64,000 nucleotides of DNA from an uncultured bacterium (GTDB lineage Bacteria; Verrucomicrobiota; Lentisphaeria; Victivallales; UBA1829), in NCBI GenBank assembly GCA_902802585.1, contig CADCMR010000001.1, positions 3,223 to 67,222 of the forward strand, read 5' to 3'. Position 1 is the stretch's first letter, and each line of letters starts with the position of its first letter. Positions 28,905 to 37,467 of this stretch are shown here, piece by piece. The translations under genes and the position numbers were made by a program. The notes under the pieces are model-generated. The model made no database searches. It worked only from the letters and a program-made list of their open reading frames with translations, and was not told the origin of the DNA.

Positions 28905-30053
28905 TCAGGCCTCGATGCCCGCGCCGTCGCCGATGGAGCAGATGAACGTGGCGGCGTCGATACCGGTCTGGGACTTGTAGGCGGTCTTGAGGCGTTCAGC
29001 GTAGGATTCCGCCTTGTCGATCTCGACCAGGTGGATGGAGATGCCGCCGAAGCCGCCGCCGGAGAGGCGCGCGCCGAGGCAGCCGGGGATGGACTTGGAG
29101 AGTTCGACGAGGACGTCGAGCTCGGGGCAGCTGTTCTCGAAGTTTACGCGGGAGCTTTCATGGCTTTCGTAGAGGAGCTGTCCGAATCCGGCGATGTCGT
29201 CCTTGCCGAGGCAGTCCACGGCGCGGAAGACGCGTTCGTCCTCGCCGACCACGTGCTTGGCGCGGAGGTAGTCGATGTGGTCCATGTCGCCCTTGCAGTC
29301 TTCGAGGAGCTCGCTGGAGACGTCGCGGAGGGTCTTGATCTCGGGGTGCGTCTTCTTGATCGCGGCGGTGGCGTTCTCGCAGCTCACGCGGCGCTGGTTG
29401 TAGGCGGAGTCGACGAGGTTGTGTTTCACCATGGAGTTCGCCACGACGAACACGTAGCCGGAGGGCATATCGACGTTCTTCAGGACCTCGACCGTGCGGA
29501 AGTCGCAGAGGATGAAGGAGTCCTTCTTGCCGAAGAGCGAGCTGAACTGGTCGAGCAGGCCGCTGTTCAGTCCGAGGAACTTGTTTTCGACCGCCTGTCC
29601 GACGCGTGCCCAGTCGGCGAGCGGGAGCTCAATGCCGTAGATGGTCTTCAGCGCGAAGGCGAAGGACATTTCGAGGGCGGCGGAACTGCTCATGCCGGCG
29701 GAAAGCGGGACCTGGCTGTCGAGTACGGCGTCGAACGCACCGAACTTGATGCCGCGGCGCTTGAGGTCGACGAGCAGACCCTTGATGTAGTTGCGCCAGT
29801 CGCCCTTCACCGGCGTGTCGATGTCGTTCAAGTCGAGTTCCTGGTCCTTACCGTGCTCGCAGATGTTGCACTTCGTGCCGTCCGCCGGGCTCATGGCAAA
29901 GCAGGTGTGCTGACTCACGGCGCAGCTCAGTACGAAGCCTTCGTTGTAGTCGGTGTGGTTGCCGAGGATTTCGAGGCGGCCGGGGGCGAAGGAGCAGACC
30001 GCGGGTTCTTTTCCGTAGCGGGCGATAAATTGTTCGCGGACACTGGTACTCAT
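28905..30053 (-). CDS. galK: Galactokinase (GHMP kinase)
   Basis: APGRLEILGNHTDYNEGFVL, PLSAGMSSSAALE, GLLDQF, GARLSGGGFGG. Confidence 0.93.
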   Translation of the reverse strand: MSTSVREQFIARYGKEPAVCSFAPGRLEILGNHTDYNEGFVLSCAVSQHTCFAMSPADGTKCNICEHGKDQELDLNDIDTPVKGDWRNYIKGLLVDLKRRGIKFGAFDAVLDSQVPLSAGMSSSAALEMSFAFALKTIYGIELPLADWARVGQAVENKFLGLNSGLLDQFSSLFGKKDSFILCDFRTVEVLKNVDMPSGYVFVVANSMVKHNLVDSAYNQRRVSCENATAAIKKTHPEIKTLRDVSSELLEDCKGDMDHIDYLRAKHVVGEDERVFRAVDCLGKDDIAGFGQLLYESHESSRVNFENSCPELDVLVELSKSIPGCLGARLSGGGFGGISIHLVEIDKAESYAERLKTAYKSQTGIDAATFICSIGDGAGIEA

Positions 30054-30105
30054 GGGGGAGGGGTTCCTTTCTGATGGGATGAATAAAATAGAATTGCGGT
30101 TTCCG

Positions 30106-30139
30106 GTGATACAGTATCACGCGCATTCCGAATTGTCAA
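30106..30139 (-). promoter_or_regulatory. galK operon promoter with palindromic operator over the -10
   Basis: TTGACA (30134-30139)-17nt-TACTGT (30111-30116); perfect palindrome GTGATAC-A-GTATCAC at 30106-30120. Confidence 0.65.
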
Positions 30140-30248
30140 GCGCGTTTTCCATTTTTCGGCGGATTTCCGGCGCGCGCGGGACGGAAAAAACGGGGACGCA
30201 ACGTGAAAGAAACGTGGAATGCGTCGAGGCGGCGGGGGGCGCGGAAGC

Positions 30249-31568
30249 TCACTCGCGGTCGACGCGGACGCGCGGATCGACCCAGGCATACGCCACGTCG
30301 GTGAGGAGGTTGATGACGATGAAGAGGATCGCGCCGAGCAGGACGAGCGCCTTCAGCATGGAGAGGTCGGAGCTGTTCAGAGCGTTCACCCCCTCGTAGC
30401 CCAGCCCGGGGATGCCGAAGAAGCTTTCCAGCAGCAGGCTGCCCGTGAACAGAAACGGCAGTTCTGTCGAGGCGCGTGTGATGATTGGAACGAGGGCATT
30501 CCGGAGCAGGTGGACGCCGTACACGCGAACCGGAGCCGCTCCCTTCGCCGAGGCGGTCCGGATGTACTCGCGGCGGATCTCGTCGAGGAAGACGGTCCGG
30601 TAGAAGCGCACGCCGCCGCCCGTGCCGGACACGACGCCGATGATGACGGGCAGTGCGAGGCAGCGGGGGCTGTCCCAGCCCCACACGGGGAAGAGGTTCA
30701 GATAGTACGCCAGGAACCATTGCCCGAGGATGATGAGCACGAGGTAGCTGACGCTCATTCCGGCGACGGACAGCACCACGATCGCGCGGTCCAGGATGCG
30801 GTCCTGAAATGCGCAGGAGACCATCGCCAGCACGATGCCGAGCAGGAGTTCGCCGAAGAAAATCGGGAGCATGATCATAAGGGACGGCACCATGCCGCGC
30901 CACAGCTTGCCGCGGATGGATTCGTGCGTGAGGAGCGTGTTGCCGAAATTGAAGAAGGTCACGTATGGAAAGCGCGAGGAGAACGTGACGAGCTCCTTCA
31001 GGGAGTCCAGCGCCTGCGAGTCGTACCACGCGCGGTTCGGACGCTCGAATCCGGCGCGGACCAGCGCGCAACCGGCGTCAAGCCCCGTGACCGTGAGCTC
31101 GTCTAAGGCGTCCGCCAGCTCAAGCGCGGTCTCGCCTGACGTAAGCTCGACTTCCTGTCCCGCCACGCGGAAACGTCCCGAGCCGGAGAGGACGATGCGG
31201 TTTTTCGATTCTTTGTTGACGAACTGGCGTTTGAAGACGGCTGTGCCGGTTCCGAGTAGCAACCCGTTTTGTCCTGCGGCTTTTTCCGGGTCAACGTCTT
31301 TCAGTTCGATTCCGGGGAACTCGGCATGTCCGCCGGTGAAATCGGCGGCGGGGTACAGCTCGGTGACGCGCCACAAGCCGAAAAACAGCGGCTTGTCGCA
31401 GCCCATGGAATCGCGCATCGCCTCGACATCGGCGGCGGTCGGGTTCTTGCCGAGCAGAACGGCGGTCGGATCGCCCGCGGACACCCGGAAGAGGATGAAC
31501 GTGACGACCATGATCCCGAGCAGGATCCAGAGGGAGTAGAGGATGCGTTTGACGATGTACCGGCCCAT
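30249..31568 (-). CDS. Peptide/nickel ABC transporter permease (OppB/DppB-like) with a large extracytoplasmic insertion
   Basis: MGRYIVKRIL, PGDP-like AGDP, EAA loop REYIRTASAKG...HLLRNALVPI, LLTDVAYAWVDPRVR. Confidence 0.88.
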   Translation of the reverse strand: MGRYIVKRILYSLWILLGIMVVTFILFRVSAGDPTAVLLGKNPTAADVEAMRDSMGCDKPLFFGLWRVTELYPAADFTGGHAEFPGIELKDVDPEKAAGQNGLLLGTGTAVFKRQFVNKESKNRIVLSGSGRFRVAGQEVELTSGETALELADALDELTVTGLDAGCALVRAGFERPNRAWYDSQALDSLKELVTFSSRFPYVTFFNFGNTLLTHESIRGKLWRGMVPSLMIMLPIFFGELLLGIVLAMVSCAFQDRILDRAIVVLSVAGMSVSYLVLIILGQWFLAYYLNLFPVWGWDSPRCLALPVIIGVVSGTGGGVRFYRTVFLDEIRREYIRTASAKGAAPVRVYGVHLLRNALVPIITRASTELPFLFTGSLLLESFFGIPGLGYEGVNALNSSDLSMLKALVLLGAILFIVINLLTDVAYAWVDPRVRVDRE

Positions 31569-31589
31569 TCGGACAGCCTCGCGTCGGGG

Positions 31590-32357
31590 TCAGCGCCGGG
31601 GTGCGGGTTTGCGCCCGAAGACTGCCATGACCGCCTGCAGGTCCGCCCATGCGTCTTTCTTCGCCGGGGGATTGCGCAGGAGGAACGCCGGATGGTAGGT
31701 CGGCATGACGGGGATGCCGTTGTAGTCCAGCCAGTGCCCGCGGAGCCGCATGATGCCTTTGAGGTTGAAGAGGTACAGGAGCGGCACCGCGCCGAGCAGT
31801 ACGATTACCTTCGGATTCACCATTGCGATCTGGCGTTTCAGGTACGGCATACACGCCGCCGCCTCGTCGTCGGCGGGATTGCGGTTTCCCGGCGGGCGGC
31901 ATTTCACGATGTTCGCGATGCAAGTCTCGGTCTTGCGGTCGAACGTCATGGCGGCGATCATGCGGGACAGCAGTTCACCCGCGCGCCCCACGAACGGCAC
32001 GCCGGTGGCGTCCTCGTCCGCGCCGGGGCCTTCGCCGATGAACATCAGCTCGGCGTGCGGATTGCCGTCCGCGAAGACCATGTTGGTGCGGGTGCGACCG
32101 AGGCCGCACTTCATGCAGGCGGCGCATTCGGTGCGCAGGGATTCCCATTCGGGCATATCGGGCGCGTAGGCGGGCGGAACGCCCTGAATGTCCTGCGCGG
32201 GGGCGGCAGCCTGGGCTTGGGGGCGTGCGGCGGCTTTCGGGGGGATGGGATTGAAGAAAACGCGCAGAGTCTCTTCGTTCATGGATGTGTCGGCTCCGGT
32301 CTTTTCGCCTGTTTTCAGGCATTGGATGATCTCGTCGAAGATGTCTGGTTTTCTCAT
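31590..32357 (-). CDS. Uracil-DNA glycosylase, family 4
   Basis: [45 protein letters not shown]; start moved to MRKPD; TTGAAA-17-TATTTT promoter upstream. Confidence 0.92.
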   Translation of the reverse strand: MRKPDIFDEIIQCLKTGEKTGADTSMNEETLRVFFNPIPPKAAARPQAQAAAPAQDIQGVPPAYAPDMPEWESLRTECAACMKCGLGRTRTNMVFADGNPHAELMFIGEGPGADEDATGVPFVGRAGELLSRMIAAMTFDRKTETCIANIVKCRPPGNRNPADDEAAACMPYLKRQIAMVNPKVIVLLGAVPLLYLFNLKGIMRLRGHWLDYNGIPVMPTYHPAFLLRNPPAKKDAWADLQAVMAVFGRKPAPRR

Positions 32358-32476
32358 GATGCAGTCCTGTTCCGTCCGCTGTTTGCGTTTTGATTGTATA
32401 AAATACATCCGGCGAAAACGTTTTTCAAGCCGTTTTTTGCAGGAAAACACCCCCTTTTTGTTCTTTTTTTGCTCAA

Positions 32477-32803
32477 CCTCGCGTGCGCACACACAAGTTT
32501 CAGTAAAAACAGTACCTTTTACTGAAACTTGAGGAAAATCCTGTCTTTACTCCTCCTTCTTTCCTTTCAAAATGCGTTTTCCCGGCACTTGCGACCAAAG
32601 ACAAACTATTTACACCAGCCGCATCATCACGGATCATCAGCCTCGCATGCGCACACACAAGTTTCAGTAAAAACAGTACCTTCTACTGAAACTTGATGGA
32701 AAATCCTGTCTTTACTCCTCCTTCTTTCCTTTCAAAATGCGTTTTCCCGGCACTTACGACCAAAGACAAACTGTTTACACCAGCTGCATCTTCACGGACA
32801 GCA
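32477..32803. repeat. Head-to-tail tandem duplication of a 164-bp unit containing a 15-bp palindrome
   Basis: Copy 1 at 32477-32640 and copy 2 from 32641, near identical; CAAGTTTCAGTAAAA-8nt-TTTTACTGAAACTTG at 32494-32531 (one mismatch in copy 2). Confidence 0.95.
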
Positions 32804-33239
32804 GGATGCGCTCCGGATCCGTGCTGTACAGACAGTCGTTACAATCCGTATTTGCCTCCGGTTTGCAGCCGTGCCGGAGCCATTGGCGGAACTCCGTGTC
32901 GGCGGATGTCTCGTGCTGGCGCAGCCAGTCGGAACAGAAGAGCAGTGTTTCGCGTGAGTCAGCCTTGCTCAGAAAATTCTGAAACCTCCGGTGCGCGCGC
33001 CAGTGCGGCTCGAATTCGATGTAGCGCGTGCGGATCATCATCAGCTCCTCCTGTTCGGAGAGGTCGTGCAGATGGTCCTTGTGCCGGGTAAGCTCCACGC
33101 CGAATCCCGCCTGAAGCGGATTGCACAGCACTGCGAACGCCGCCAGCTCGCGGCGTTCCTCGTCGAGCTCACGGAGCACGCGGGCATAATCGCGGACGTC
33201 CCGCGGATCGACGCCGCGCACAGAATGTGTGTAAATCAT
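32775..33239 (-). CDS. Hypothetical protein
   Basis: AAGGAGG RBS and its own promoter-like region upstream; Cys-rich C-terminus (C-x7-C-x2-C). Confidence 0.65.
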   Translation of the reverse strand: MIYTHSVRGVDPRDVRDYARVLRELDEERRELAAFAVLCNPLQAGFGVELTRHKDHLHDLSEQEELMMIRTRYIEFEPHWRAHRRFQNFLSKADSRETLLFCSDWLRQHETSADTEFRQWLRHGCKPEANTDCNDCLYSTDPERILLSVKMQLV

Positions 33240-33325
33240 AAAACCCTCCTTGTTTTTGAACCGCTTTTGCGGTTCCCCCTTGTTTTATAAATATGCCACG
33301 ACCGGGCGGAAAAATCAAGCGCCGG

Positions 33326-34435
33326 TCAGGATTCCTCCTCGGGATTTTTCAGGAAATCCTCCACCACGAGTTTGCTGTGCGCCAGAAAGAGCGGGTCGAG
33401 CAGCAGGTCCAGGTCGCCTTCCATGAGCGCGGGGAGGTTGAAGACGGAGACCACGCCGAAGCGGTGGTCCGTGACGCGATTCTGCGGGAAATTGTAGGTG
33501 CGGATGCGTTCGCTGCGGTCGCCTGTCCCGACCTGGAGTCGTTTGCTGGCGGCCTGCTTCGCGGCCTCTTCGCTGCGCTGGATTTCCAGCAGGCGGCTTT
33601 TCAGGATGCGCAGCGCGATCTCGCGGTTGCGGATCTGGGAGCGTTCCTGCTGGCTCGCCACGACCAGCCCGCTCGGGATGTGCCGGATGCGGACGGCGGA
33701 ATCGGTCCGGTTCACGTTCTGGCCGCCGGGTCCGGAGGAACGGAACGTGGAGACTTCGAGGTCTTCCGGGCGGATCGCGATGTCGTCGATTTCGCTGGCT
33801 TCCGGCAGGACGGAGACGGTCACGGTCGAGGTGTGGATGCGGCCGCCGGACTCCGTGACGGGGATGCGCTGGACGCGGTGGACGCCGCTTTCGTATTTCA
33901 TGCGGGAGAAGATGTCCTCGCCGGAGAGGGAGAACATCACGCCCTTGAGGCCGCCGAGCTCGGAATCCGACTGCTCCATTACTTCGCATTTCCAGCCGCG
34001 TTTCTCCGCGTAATGGACGTACATGCGGAAGAGGTCGCCCGCGAAGAGCGCCGCCTCCTCGCCGCCCGCCGCCGGCTTGATTTCCACGATGGCGTCGCGG
34101 GAGTCCGCCTTGTCCGGCGGCACGAGCAGCATCATCAGCGCCTGTTCCGCCTCGGTCGCGGTCGTTTCCTGTTCGGCGAGATCGGTTTCGATGAGCGCAC
34201 GGAATTCGGGATCATGTTCGGATTCCAGCAGTCCGCGGTTTTCCTGTTCGGCGCTCAGCGCCCCGGTCCACCTGTCGTACGCGGCAAAAATCCCCTCCAG
34301 GCGCTGGTTTTCGCGGGCGAGCATGGAGGCGCGGGCGGGCACGGCGTAGACGCCGGGATCGGACAGCTCAATCTGGAGCTTTTCGTGCCTGGCCTTGAAC
34401 TGTTCGATCTGACGCGTGAAATCTTCCGGGCGCAT
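33326..34435 (-). CDS. prfA: Peptide chain release factor 1
   Basis: GGEEAALF, YESGVHRVQRIPVTE (PxT), GPGGQNVN, RSERIRTYNFPQNRVTDHR. Confidence 0.97.
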   Translation of the reverse strand: MRPEDFTRQIEQFKARHEKLQIELSDPGVYAVPARASMLARENQRLEGIFAAYDRWTGALSAEQENRGLLESEHDPEFRALIETDLAEQETTATEAEQALMMLLVPPDKADSRDAIVEIKPAAGGEEAALFAGDLFRMYVHYAEKRGWKCEVMEQSDSELGGLKGVMFSLSGEDIFSRMKYESGVHRVQRIPVTESGGRIHTSTVTVSVLPEASEIDDIAIRPEDLEVSTFRSSGPGGQNVNRTDSAVRIRHIPSGLVVASQQERSQIRNREIALRILKSRLLEIQRSEEAAKQAASKRLQVGTGDRSERIRTYNFPQNRVTDHRFGVVSVFNLPALMEGDLDLLLDPLFLAHSKLVVEDFLKNPEEES

Positions 34436-34466
34436 GTGGCTGTTCAGGTTCTGTTCAATTCATTCC

Positions 34467-34510
34467 AAAAAACAAGCCCGGTCTCCGTTCAACAAAGCGG
34501 GAGCCGGGCT
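34467..34510 (-). terminator. Terminator between rpmE and prfA
   Basis: AGCCCGG-TCTCC / GGAG-CCGGGCT stem with T-tract on the minus strand. Confidence 0.55.
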
Positions 34511-34572
34511 GGCTGATCCGGCGGGCGTCCTCTGGGAAGAACCGCCGGTTCCGTCCGATCGGAAAAACTGAA

Positions 34573-34779
34573 TTACTTGGCGGGCTTCTGGTAGCGGCGG
34601 CGGAATTTCTCAACGCGACCGGCGACGTCGACCAGTTTCTGCTTGCCGGTGATGAACGGGTGGCATTCGGCGCAGATACCGACTTTCTGCTCTTTACGGG
34701 TGGAGTAGATGTCCCAGACTTTGCCGCAGGCGCAGATGACCTTCGCCGGACCATACGCGGGATGGATGGAATCTTTCAT
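34573..34779 (-). CDS. rpmE: 50S ribosomal protein L31 (zinc-binding type)
   Basis: MKDSIHPAY, CACG, CAECHPF, GRVEKFRRRY. Confidence 0.97.
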   Translation of the reverse strand: MKDSIHPAYGPAKVICACGKVWDIYSTRKEQKVGICAECHPFITGKQKLVDVAGRVEKFRRRYQKPAK

Positions 34780-34856
34780 TTTTAACCTCATATATGTTGG
34801 ATTTGTATTTGATTTCCGGGAAAACCGCGCTATTTTAAAGCAACACGGCAATTTAT

Positions 34857-34884
34857 AATATACACCAACATGCGGAAAATGCAA
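34857..34884 (-). promoter_or_regulatory. rpmE promoter
   Basis: TTGCAT-16nt-TATATT with TG. Confidence 0.6.
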
Positions 34885-34996
34885 CTTCTTTTCGGAGAAA
34901 CCTGACCTTTTTTCTTCGCGGATGCGCCGTCCCGCCTCAAGCGCGACGGGCTGTATTCGCATAACCATCCCTTAGAACAAACATTTCACTCCATCC

Positions 34997-36385
34997 ATGT
35001 CTTCCGAAAAAAACAGATTTCGCAGCCGTATCGCTCTGGTCTTCCTTTTCGCGCTCACGATCCGCATCCTGTGTGCCTGGCCCGCGCTCTGGTCATTTTT
35101 CATGGGTGACGGTGGCATGGAATCCTTCATGCGGCCGGACTCCGCGACCTATTATTTCCCGGCAAGAGCCTTTGTGGAAACCGGGAAGTTGACCTTGGAT
35201 GTCGGTTCCGATTTCCCCGCGGTGCAGCGTCCGCCCGGGTATATCTTCTTTCTGGTGGTGCTGATTTCCCTGTCATGCCCCCCGATCATCGGATGTCTGG
35301 TGGACGCGCTGACGGTTTTCCCCGTGGCGCTGGCGGGGCGGAGGCTTGCCGGACGCCGTGCGGGCTTCTGGGCGGCGGTCCTGTACGCGCTGAACCTGAC
35401 CGCGCTGGCGAATGCGCCGCTGATTCTTGCTGATTCCCTGCTCGGATTCCTCTGCGCATGGCAGGTGTTTTTCTTCGTCCGGGCGTGGCGCACGAAACGC
35501 CTCTCCGATTTCCTCATCGGCACGGTGTTCGCCGCTGCCGCGACCCTCACGAAGCCGGTCAATCTCCCCGTTCTGCTCCTGATCCCGTTTGTCCTGGCAC
35601 TGGTCCTGATGCGTCCATGGCGGAAAGCCGCGTTCGCCGCCGTGCTGGCGGTTCTTGTTTCCTGCGTGATGCTCGTGCCGTGGATGCTCCGCAACCAGTC
35701 CGTCGGCGCGGGTTTCGTGCTTGACCGGAACTCCGGCCTCACGGCGCTTCATAATACAGCCGCGATCCTCGCCCGAGTGAACGGTACGGACGGCGACACG
35801 GAACGTGCCGCGCTTGAGGCTGAAGCCGAGACGGCGTTTGCCGGGAAGCCGGAACAATACGCGAATCTGCTTGAGCTGAAGATGGCGGAGGACGACTGGT
35901 ATCTGGCACGCTACAAAAAGGTGATTTTCGAGCATCCCGGCGCGACCGCCGCGACGCATCTTTTCCAGGTTTGGATTCTGCTTCCCGACCTGCCGGATTT
36001 CCTTCAGAATCTCGGGTTGCGGACCGGAGAACGCGGTACGCTGGCGGTTTTACGGAAGGACGGACCGATGGCGGCGTTCCGGCACTATATGGACGGGAGT
36101 TACGCGGCGGCGTTTCTCGCGGTGCCGTTCCTGCTGGCGACGGGTGTGCTCTACGCGCTGACAGCGGCGGGGGTATGGATTTACCTGAGGCGGCGCAGAT
36201 GGACCGTCCTGACGCTGTTCGCGGTGTTTGTGCTGTACTATCTGGCGGCGCCGGGTCCGGTGCTGATGCCGCGCTACCAGATCCCCGCGCTGCCGTTCGC
36301 GTGCGCCATGGCGGGGGCGGTCATTTCAGTCTGTGGTATTCGCAGATGGCGAAAACGTCGGTCATGCCGGCGATGTAATCCGTGA
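34997..36385 (+). CDS. GT-C fold membrane glycosyltransferase (ArnT/PMT family-like)
   Basis: Polytopic; first loop PDSATYY and RPPGY, ADSL, LTKP, WMLRN, PRY. Confidence 0.75.
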   Translation: MSSEKNRFRSRIALVFLFALTIRILCAWPALWSFFMGDGGMESFMRPDSATYYFPARAFVETGKLTLDVGSDFPAVQRPPGYIFFLVVLISLSCPPIIGCLVDALTVFPVALAGRRLAGRRAGFWAAVLYALNLTALANAPLILADSLLGFLCAWQVFFFVRAWRTKRLSDFLIGTVFAAAATLTKPVNLPVLLLIPFVLALVLMRPWRKAAFAAVLAVLVSCVMLVPWMLRNQSVGAGFVLDRNSGLTALHNTAAILARVNGTDGDTERAALEAEAETAFAGKPEQYANLLELKMAEDDWYLARYKKVIFEHPGATAATHLFQVWILLPDLPDFLQNLGLRTGERGTLAVLRKDGPMAAFRHYMDGSYAAAFLAVPFLLATGVLYALTAAGVWIYLRRRRWTVLTLFAVFVLYYLAAPGPVLMPRYQIPALPFACAMAGAVISVCGIRRWRKRRSCRRCNP

Positions 36386-37460
36386 CTGCCCTGTGGATGC
36401 CGTCGGCTTCCATGCGGCGGCGGACCTGGCTGCCCGCGAGCTCGGGGTGTTTCACGAAGGTGTCGAACAGGAACGACATGCGGTCCTTCGACAGCTGGTT
36501 GAGCTTGTTGAGCTCCTGCGAGAAATACAGGTTTTCGTACAGGAAGATCCTGAGCTCGCTGGTCAGCACCTGGAATTCCTGGCTCCACGCGATCAGCGTC
36601 ATGCCCTTTGACGGGGCATCGCCGGGCGCTTTCACGCCGGACGCGTCGATCAGTTTCGCGGAGGTTTCGATGGCATCGCCGACCATGCGGTTGATGAGGG
36701 CGCGCACGGTGTAGGTCAGGAATTTGCCGTCGCCGCGCTTCAGCCCGAGCGACTTCGTTTCCTCTGCCGCCATGCGCCAGATCGCGATACCGTCCAGCAT
36801 GTCCTCCGTGATGATCCCGGAGTCCAGCCCGTCGTCGACGTCGTGCCCGTAGTAAGTGAGGTCGTCGGCGAGGTCGGCGACCTGCGCCTCCAGGCACGGG
36901 GCAGGGGCGAGCTCTACGCCGTCGAGCACGGGCGGATGAAGCGGCGAACGGTGCTTGATGAGACCGGCGCGGGTCTCCCATGTGAGGTTGATACCGTCGT
37001 AGGCGGGGTATTTTTTCTCCAGCAGGTCGACTACGCGGATCGCCTGAAGATTGTGGTCGAATCCGCCATGCCCCTCCATCAGGCTGTGCAGGGCGCGTTC
37101 CCCGGCGTGCCCGAACGGCGTATGCCCGAGGTCGTGCGCGAGCGCGATCGCCTCCGTGAGGTCCTCGTTCAGACCGAGGCTCCGGGCGATCGTCCGCGCG
37201 ATGCCCGCCACCTCGATCGTATGCGTGAGGCGGTTCCGCAGATGGTCGCCGGTCGTGCTCAGGAAGACCTGCGTTTTGTATTCGAGCCGCCGGAACGCCT
37301 GGCTGTGCAGGATGCGGTCGCGGTCGCGCTGGAATTCGGTCCGGTAGGGGTGGGGCGTTTCAGGGTAATGCCGCCCGCGGAGCGCGCCGGCATGGACGGC
37401 GTACGGCGCGAGGATCTTGTCCTCAATGTCGCATAGGAACTGCTGGGTGCGCGCGCTCAT
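36321..37460 (-). CDS. dgt: Deoxyguanosinetriphosphate triphosphohydrolase (HD domain)
   Basis: RTEFQRDRDRI, FRRLEYKTQV, RNRLTHT, HDLGHTPFGHAGE, DYIAGMTD; start moved to MSART. Confidence 0.93.
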   Translation of the reverse strand: MSARTQQFLCDIEDKILAPYAVHAGALRGRHYPETPHPYRTEFQRDRDRILHSQAFRRLEYKTQVFLSTTGDHLRNRLTHTIEVAGIARTIARSLGLNEDLTEAIALAHDLGHTPFGHAGERALHSLMEGHGGFDHNLQAIRVVDLLEKKYPAYDGINLTWETRAGLIKHRSPLHPPVLDGVELAPAPCLEAQVADLADDLTYYGHDVDDGLDSGIITEDMLDGIAIWRMAAEETKSLGLKRGDGKFLTYTVRALINRMVGDAIETSAKLIDASGVKAPGDAPSKGMTLIAWSQEFQVLTSELRIFLYENLYFSQELNKLNQLSKDRMSFLFDTFVKHPELAGSQVRRRMEADGIHRAVTDYIAGMTDVFAICEYHRLK

Positions 37461-37467
37461 GGTGGGG

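Noticed and set aside
32477-32803. 164-bp repeat as a DGR template/variable pair, CRISPR or type III antitoxin array
   Set aside because: The mismatches are not adenine-specific on either strand, there is no reverse transcriptase or cas gene, there are only two copies with no spacer, and the unit is too long
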